64,000 nucleotides of DNA from an uncultured Gammaproteobacteria bacterium (GTDB lineage Bacteria; Patescibacteriota; Microgenomatia; UBA10105; UBA927), in NCBI GenBank assembly GCA_964430295.1, contig CAYSEV010000002.1:7024-71023 (forward strand), given 5' to 3'. How positions within the stretch are numbered: position 1 is the stretch's first letter; the number at the start of each line of letters is the position of its first letter. Position numbers and translations under genes: made by a program. This document shows, one piece after another, positions 58,924-64,000 of the stretch. The notes beneath the pieces are model-generated. The model had not been told where the DNA came from, made no database searches, and saw only the letters and a program-made list of their open reading frames with translations.

Positions 58924-61149
58924 ATGAAACGTGCAGATACATTCAGGCAATATATTTTGAGATATTGGCAAATTGTACTTCTTATAAGTATAACCATATC
59001 AATTTTTCTGATCCCTAATTTATTTTGGGGTAACCTGTATCAGGTGGGCGGGGACGATGGGAGATTTTACTATATATTCCCCTGGGAGTATCTGAAAAAT
59101 TTTTCATTTAATATTATTTCAAATAATACACTTGGCGGAAATATGGGATACTTGCCTGTAAGTTATTCCGCCCCGACTATATTTGTTTTATATATATTAA
59201 AAACCTTGTTTCCTGCTTTTAATACACAACTTCTTGCGTATGGTCTAATACTATCAATAAGTTTTTTATTCATGTATCTGTTCTTGCATGAAGTTATTGC
59301 TTCCAAATCTGTTTATTTATATTGGGGAAGATTATTAACCTCTATATATTATATTTTTTCTGTTTACCTCACAAAAACATTTTATCAGCATCAGCTTATA
59401 TCTATGTACTCAATTATGGTGTTACCGGTCTGTCTGTATCTATTTACAGTCGGAGTTAAAAAAATGTCATATAAATATATCATTGCCTCATCATTATTTT
59501 ATTCAATATTTAGTTCCACATTGTACGGTCTACCTTGGCTATTGCCTTCAGTCATCACACTTATTCCTTTCCTTATATATCTGCAGAATCATAATCGATC
59601 GATGTTTATAAAAGCGTTATTTATCTTTGTGATTTTTACTGTTCTTTGTAACATGTATTGGATAATTCATTATGTAGTTCCGTTTATAACAAAATCAGGT
59701 GGAGATGTTTTTACAGATCACTTACTTTCCGATACGTATCGGGAACAAAATAATGATGCTATCGCCGCGATAACCCGTCTAAATGCCCCTGTAAATCAAC
59801 TTATAAACCACCTGCGTACGTCATGGATGGATAGGGAGAGTGTTACTCTACATGAAACAATTGGTGTTGTATATTTTTTGGTTGCTTTATATGCCGGATC
59901 TTTACTTCGACTTGTGAGAAGGTCATCACAAATACTGTTTTTAACAGTATTTACAGGATTTTGTCTAACACTATTTTTTGTAACTCCTAACTTCGGCGAG
60001 ATGAATTTGAAGATTTTTCAATTTTTAAACAATACTATTCCTTTCTTCGTCATGTTTAGAAATATGTATGATAAATTTGCGCTGGCAACAGCATTTCAAT
60101 ATGCATTTATGGTGTATATCACGTTATATATATTCGGCGAGGCAAGAATGAATAATATCTGCAAGTATTTTATTCTACTAACACTCTGTATTGTTACCGG
60201 TATAAAGATGTATCCTTATGTATTTGTTCAGTATTCAGATGATATATATTCAACAAGAATAAGTGGACGATTAAATACCGATTTTTTTTCTTTAATGAGT
60301 TACGTTGGACAAATGGATACAACCTCCAGATTTCTTTGGTATCCGATGACGTATCCCGGATACATATTTATACGGGATGCGGTTGGGACACATAATTTTT
60401 ATACCGGATTATCACCAATGCAAATTTTAGCAAAAAAAAGCGATATAGCAGGATACTATGGTATTCAAACACAGTCTAAGCCTGATTTAAACGCAGTAAT
60501 ATATGACTCGTTAAAACGTCATGAATATGAAATTATTGGGAAACGCCTTCAGGAGCAAAATATAGGTTTTATTATAGAAAATAAGGATATTCCTGATACA
60601 TTGGCTCTGAAATTTTTGGATGAAAACGGATTTATGTCCAGTCAGTCATCAGAGTATTTTCATGAAATAAAAGGGGATAAAATAAAGGACTTTGGAACAT
60701 CATATTCGTTATATGCTATTCAGAAAAAATACCTGTCACAGACAGTTTCCATGGCTGATTCTGTCCAACTTGATAGTGTAAATACACAACAGGTCAAGTT
60801 TAAGAAATTACAAAACGGATCATACGATATGTACATTGACCGATTAAAAGATTCGAAATATCTGATTTTTTTGGAGCCGTACAATCCTTTATGGAACATC
60901 CGTCTCGTAGATGGTAATAGGAAAAAAACGATATCCATACGACCAGCCAGAGCTTTTGACTATGGGAATGTATGGAAACTGGATTCGAAAGAGCTTCTTT
61001 CCCGCTATCCTGATATGTTGAAGAAGAATTCTGACGGAACTATTTCTATGCACGCTGAAATTATATTTTCACCTGCGAAATATTCATTGCCATTTCTTTC
61101 AATGAGCATACTTACAGGCCTGATCGGCTTACTTATTATATTTTTATAA
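58924..61149 (+). CDS. Large polytopic membrane protein, unrecognised family, paralog 2 of 3
   Basis: 741 aa. LIPNLFWGNLYQVGGDDGRFYYIFP parallels FEPGYINLGGDGGRLYFLDP of 55416. Same overall architecture, including a C-terminal TM anchor. Confidence 0.55.
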   Translation: MKRADTFRQYILRYWQIVLLISITISIFLIPNLFWGNLYQVGGDDGRFYYIFPWEYLKNFSFNIISNNTLGGNMGYLPVSYSAPTIFVLYILKTLFPAFNTQLLAYGLILSISFLFMYLFLHEVIASKSVYLYWGRLLTSIYYIFSVYLTKTFYQHQLISMYSIMVLPVCLYLFTVGVKKMSYKYIIASSLFYSIFSSTLYGLPWLLPSVITLIPFLIYLQNHNRSMFIKALFIFVIFTVLCNMYWIIHYVVPFITKSGGDVFTDHLLSDTYREQNNDAIAAITRLNAPVNQLINHLRTSWMDRESVTLHETIGVVYFLVALYAGSLLRLVRRSSQILFLTVFTGFCLTLFFVTPNFGEMNLKIFQFLNNTIPFFVMFRNMYDKFALATAFQYAFMVYITLYIFGEARMNNICKYFILLTLCIVTGIKMYPYVFVQYSDDIYSTRISGRLNTDFFSLMSYVGQMDTTSRFLWYPMTYPGYIFIRDAVGTHNFYTGLSPMQILAKKSDIAGYYGIQTQSKPDLNAVIYDSLKRHEYEIIGKRLQEQNIGFIIENKDIPDTLALKFLDENGFMSSQSSEYFHEIKGDKIKDFGTSYSLYAIQKKYLSQTVSMADSVQLDSVNTQQVKFKKLQNGSYDMYIDRLKDSKYLIFLEPYNPLWNIRLVDGNRKKTISIRPARAFDYGNVWKLDSKELLSRYPDMLKKNSDGTISMHAEIIFSPAKYSLPFLSMSILTGLIGLLIIFL

Positions 61150-61152
61150 CAT

Positions 61153-62124
61153 ATGAAGCGTATTGGAATGCATTTAGCGATTGTCATTATACTTTTACTA
61201 ATTGGTTCATGTATGTCTCTTATTTTCTACCGTGAAGTGCATTACACTGCTATACAGGTGTATGAACATAGAAATATTGAGAATGAAGGACCTCTTTTAA
61301 AAAATAGTACAATTCGTGGAGAAGTCACTTCTGTATATGACAATTTTGGTACAGTAAAAATTCGTGTTAACACATTTGGCAGATTCAATTATGACACGAT
61401 TCATTTCCGATTACGGGAAAAGGGGACACAGGAGTGGATTGTGAAGAATTCGTATGCAGTAGATACATTTAGAAATAAACTTCTATATGGTTTTGGCTTT
61501 CCTATATTCCGGAATTCGGCTGGTAAGACGTACGAATTTGAACTCACGTCCGATACTGGAACACCCGATAATTCGATAGGGTTTTATACAGGAAAGTATT
61601 CCTTGGCTACTCAGTATGTTTTTTCAAAAAATACATTAATGAATAACCCTGAAAAAATGCCCGTATTTTTGAAGACAAAGATAGTAAGCCTGATTTCGGA
61701 CCCGTTTGTCCTGTTATATTATGCGATTTTTCTGTTGCCTGCAGTACTATATTCGTGTTTATTCTTATGTAAAAACGCGATACACCTTTATGCTATAGAG
61801 TTTTTTTCATTTTTATATATGCTTATTGCGTACATGTTTATACCAATTGCCATATCTTGGGATACTATATTGTTTATTGTCTTTTCCGCAGTTTTTATAT
61901 TCGAAGCTCAGTCATATTTTGTAATAACAAATAAAAATCACGTTTCCCGTGGTTCTTTCATAGCCTCTCATATGTACCATTTACCAATGCTGCTTATAGG
62001 TATTATGCTTTGGAATGTTGCTATAAAGAATGATCTTGTAGCAAATCGGGCGGCAATAGGCGTTTTTTACCTTACTGTTTTATCGTTGATATTATCGTAT
62101 AAGGAAGTACTATATAACAAATAA
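61153..62124 (+). CDS. Membrane protein of unknown function (N-terminal TM, extracytoplasmic domain, C-terminal 5-6 TM bundle)
   Basis: 323 aa, translationally coupled to its neighbours. No recognisable motif. Confidence 0.45.
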   Translation: MKRIGMHLAIVIILLLIGSCMSLIFYREVHYTAIQVYEHRNIENEGPLLKNSTIRGEVTSVYDNFGTVKIRVNTFGRFNYDTIHFRLREKGTQEWIVKNSYAVDTFRNKLLYGFGFPIFRNSAGKTYEFELTSDTGTPDNSIGFYTGKYSLATQYVFSKNTLMNNPEKMPVFLKTKIVSLISDPFVLLYYAIFLLPAVLYSCLFLCKNAIHLYAIEFFSFLYMLIAYMFIPIAISWDTILFIVFSAVFIFEAQSYFVITNKNHVSRGSFIASHMYHLPMLLIGIMLWNVAIKNDLVANRAAIGVFYLTVLSLILSYKEVLYNK

Positions 62125-62125
62125 T

Positions 62126-63886
62126 ATGCAGAAGTATTTCGCCTTTGGTGATGCACCGTTTTTTTTTCCGGAACAAATATCAGATATTTCCTGGATTCCC
62201 CGTATTTGGGATCAATCTTACGCGTTTGGAAGGAGTATGATAGCTCAGCTTTGGATTGATTATCCTATCAGATTGTTCATTAAGCTTGCCTACATATTCG
62301 GACTTAATTGGTGGAGCATCGATAAGCTTTTATGGGTTGGAGCAGTGGTATTATCTATATTTTCTGTTTGGAAAATTTCAAAATATATCTTTCAATCTAG
62401 ATTTATAAGTTTGATATCTATATGTATTTATACATTCAATACATATGTGCTCATGTTATTTGATGGAGGGCAACGCGGTGTTATGTTAGCATATTCGTTT
62501 GTTCCCTTTATCCTATATAGATTTATATCTTCTATAGACCATGTATTTGACACAGGTCGTTTACCGCATCGAAAAAATATTCAAAATGGATTGTTATTGT
62601 CTATACTTATCGCATTTGACCTACGATTAACATATGTAGTCGTATTAATATTGATTGCGTATTGTGTAGGAGTCATGTATTTCAATGAGTATAAAAAGAA
62701 GCATTTCATGTCAAATCTTTTGCTGTTTTTTAAAACTATTTTTCCATCGTTCATAATCCCGCCGTTCATACATGCATATTGGATACTACCGATGGTTTTT
62801 GTGAAGGATGGGGTTTCGTTAGGGGAAGAGTATACAGGAGTCGGTATGTTAAAGTTTCTTAGCGTTGCTGACTTTTCTCATGCGTTTTCTCTATTACATC
62901 CGAATTGGCCTGAAAATTTATTCGGAAAAGTCTATTTCCTGCAACCTGAATTTTTAATCATTCCGCTTGTTGCCTTTGGATCTCTACTTACTATTAACAG
63001 TATAAGAACCCAATCGAGGCGAATTCGTAAACATATTATCTTTTTTTCGCTAGTATCTCTAGTTGGTGTCTTTTTGGCGAAAGGTGTTAGAGAACCATTT
63101 GGAAGTCTATATGTTTGGGCTTTTAGTACTATACCAGGATTTGTAATGTTTCGTGATCCTACAAAATTCTATCTTTTAATAGCATTGGGATATTCATTGC
63201 TTATTCCATATGCATTATATAGTTTCGCTACATGGGTGCAGCGGCACATACATCGTCCAACGGGAAAATATGCCATTATTCTGCAATTTTTTCTGATATG
63301 GGTGGGGTTGCTGCGATCAATTTTTCTGGGGGGGGTGAGCGGTAATGTTTCACCTAAAATGCTTCCGACTGAGTATATACATTTAAAAAATACTCTCGTA
63401 GCTGATAAAGAAGCATCACGTGTATTATGGCTGCCGGTAGCGGAAAAATTCAGCTATGCTTCAGACATACACCCAATTATCACATCTGAGTCTTTATTTA
63501 ATACTGCATCTGTTTCCGGCATACTTGAAGCAATCAGTTCTCCAGATTTTGAGACAGTCTTGAAGAAATCAGGAATTAAATACGTTGTTATTCCAAGCGA
63601 CGAATGGCAGAGAATATTTCTAAAGGAATATACGTATGACGAGAATCTTAGAAACCAGATAATTCATGCGTTAGAGTCAAAAAAAATAGTTCGGGATACT
63701 TCATATGCACGCTTGGCTGTATTTAGGAATACTGAGTATACATTCGAGCCACATAAACCTGCATTCGTTGACTTACAGGAAGTATGGATGTATAGAGGGT
63801 TAGGTATTAGCGGTATAGCACTCGTTATAAGTTTGATACTCATTATGATACCAAAAAAAGATAATCATGATAGAATAAATGAATGA
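62126..63886 (+). CDS. Large polytopic membrane protein, unrecognised family, paralog 3 of 3 (shorter)
   Basis: 586 aa. N-terminal [29 protein letters not shown] and a similar TM core to 55416 and 58924. Confidence 0.5.
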   Translation: MQKYFAFGDAPFFFPEQISDISWIPRIWDQSYAFGRSMIAQLWIDYPIRLFIKLAYIFGLNWWSIDKLLWVGAVVLSIFSVWKISKYIFQSRFISLISICIYTFNTYVLMLFDGGQRGVMLAYSFVPFILYRFISSIDHVFDTGRLPHRKNIQNGLLLSILIAFDLRLTYVVVLILIAYCVGVMYFNEYKKKHFMSNLLLFFKTIFPSFIIPPFIHAYWILPMVFVKDGVSLGEEYTGVGMLKFLSVADFSHAFSLLHPNWPENLFGKVYFLQPEFLIIPLVAFGSLLTINSIRTQSRRIRKHIIFFSLVSLVGVFLAKGVREPFGSLYVWAFSTIPGFVMFRDPTKFYLLIALGYSLLIPYALYSFATWVQRHIHRPTGKYAIILQFFLIWVGLLRSIFLGGVSGNVSPKMLPTEYIHLKNTLVADKEASRVLWLPVAEKFSYASDIHPIITSESLFNTASVSGILEAISSPDFETVLKKSGIKYVVIPSDEWQRIFLKEYTYDENLRNQIIHALESKKIVRDTSYARLAVFRNTEYTFEPHKPAFVDLQEVWMYRGLGISGIALVISLILIMIPKKDNHDRINE

Positions 63887-63909
63887 GCAATCAACATAGA
63901 GGAGTTTGT

Positions 63910-64000
63910 GTGGTGACTGGGGGATCAGGTTTTATTGGTTCGCATTTATGTGCTGCACTCCTCAAAGATTCTTATAGTGTTATATGTCTGGATAATCTCG
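63910..64000 (+). CDS. NAD-dependent nucleotide-sugar epimerase/dehydratase (SDR), 5' fragment that continues beyond the window
   Basis: GTG start 6 nt after a GAGGAG Shine-Dalgarno. [30 protein letters not shown] is a classic GxxGxxG Rossmann N-terminus of UDP-sugar 4-epimerase/decarboxylase enzymes. Confidence 0.55.
   Translation, partial: MVTGGSGFIGSHLCAALLKDSYSVICLDNL

Noticed and set aside
1-64000. An alternative genetic code (UGA sense, as in some CPR lineages)
   Set aside because: Many well-supported genes terminate at TGA (for example 6420-6422, 21566-21568) in good agreement with paralog lengths. The standard bacterial code fits.

Overview
This window is a gene-dense, AT-rich (roughly high-30s % GC by eye) segment that uses the standard code: TGA, TAG and TAA all act as stops. 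Almost all of it is one very large cell-envelope glycosylation supercluster. Genes are mostly on the + strand, tightly packed, and often overlap by 1-23 nt (ATGA, TAATG), which implies long polycistronic, translationally coupled operons.

The first ~38 kb is dominated by at least 16 tandem paralogous polytopic GT-C-type membrane glycosyltransferases:
- 4 YfhO-like genes;
- 4 members of the 'HDG..H / PRW / GYG.P / YPLP' subfamily (often annotated 6-pyruvoyl-tetrahydropterin-synthase-related membrane protein), which share the YfhO-type C-terminal 'YFPGW..YVDG' domain;
- 7-8 GT39/PMT_2 (ArnT/Pmt-like) genes.
These are interleaved with GT2 enzymes (several DPM1/GtrB-like polyprenol-phosphate-sugar synthases), GT4 enzymes and two Wzx-like flippases.

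The last ~26 kb is a classical nucleotide-sugar/O-antigen-like locus. It contains:
- a WbpB/WbpE/WbpD-like trio (oxidoreductase, aminotransferase, acetyltransferase);
- a ColD/RfbH-like His-variant 3-dehydratase with an Fcl/ColC-like reductase;
- an epimerase_2 family protein, a GNAT and two SAM methyltransferases;
- many GT2s and three paralogous large membrane proteins of an unrecognised family.

The one clear non-glycosylation element is a ~3 kb compositionally atypical islet at 12.8-15.8 kb. It carries a single-chain GmrSD-like (DUF262 + DUF1524) type IV restriction endonuclease and a GC-rich lipoprotein gene. The islet sits in the only long non-coding stretches of the window and is associated with a ~90 bp direct repeat that duplicates the 3' end of the neighbouring GT-C gene.

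A four-gene block at 19.9-27.3 kb is inverted relative to its neighbours and is bounded by twin GC-rich hairpins. I saw no rRNA, tRNA or CRISPR array.

The gene repertoire (massive PMT/YfhO expansion in a small, AT-rich, streamlined-looking genome) resembles CPR/Patescibacteria (Microgenomates-like), although DPANN-type archaea carry similar families. I could not run any searches. All family calls are from motif recognition by eye.
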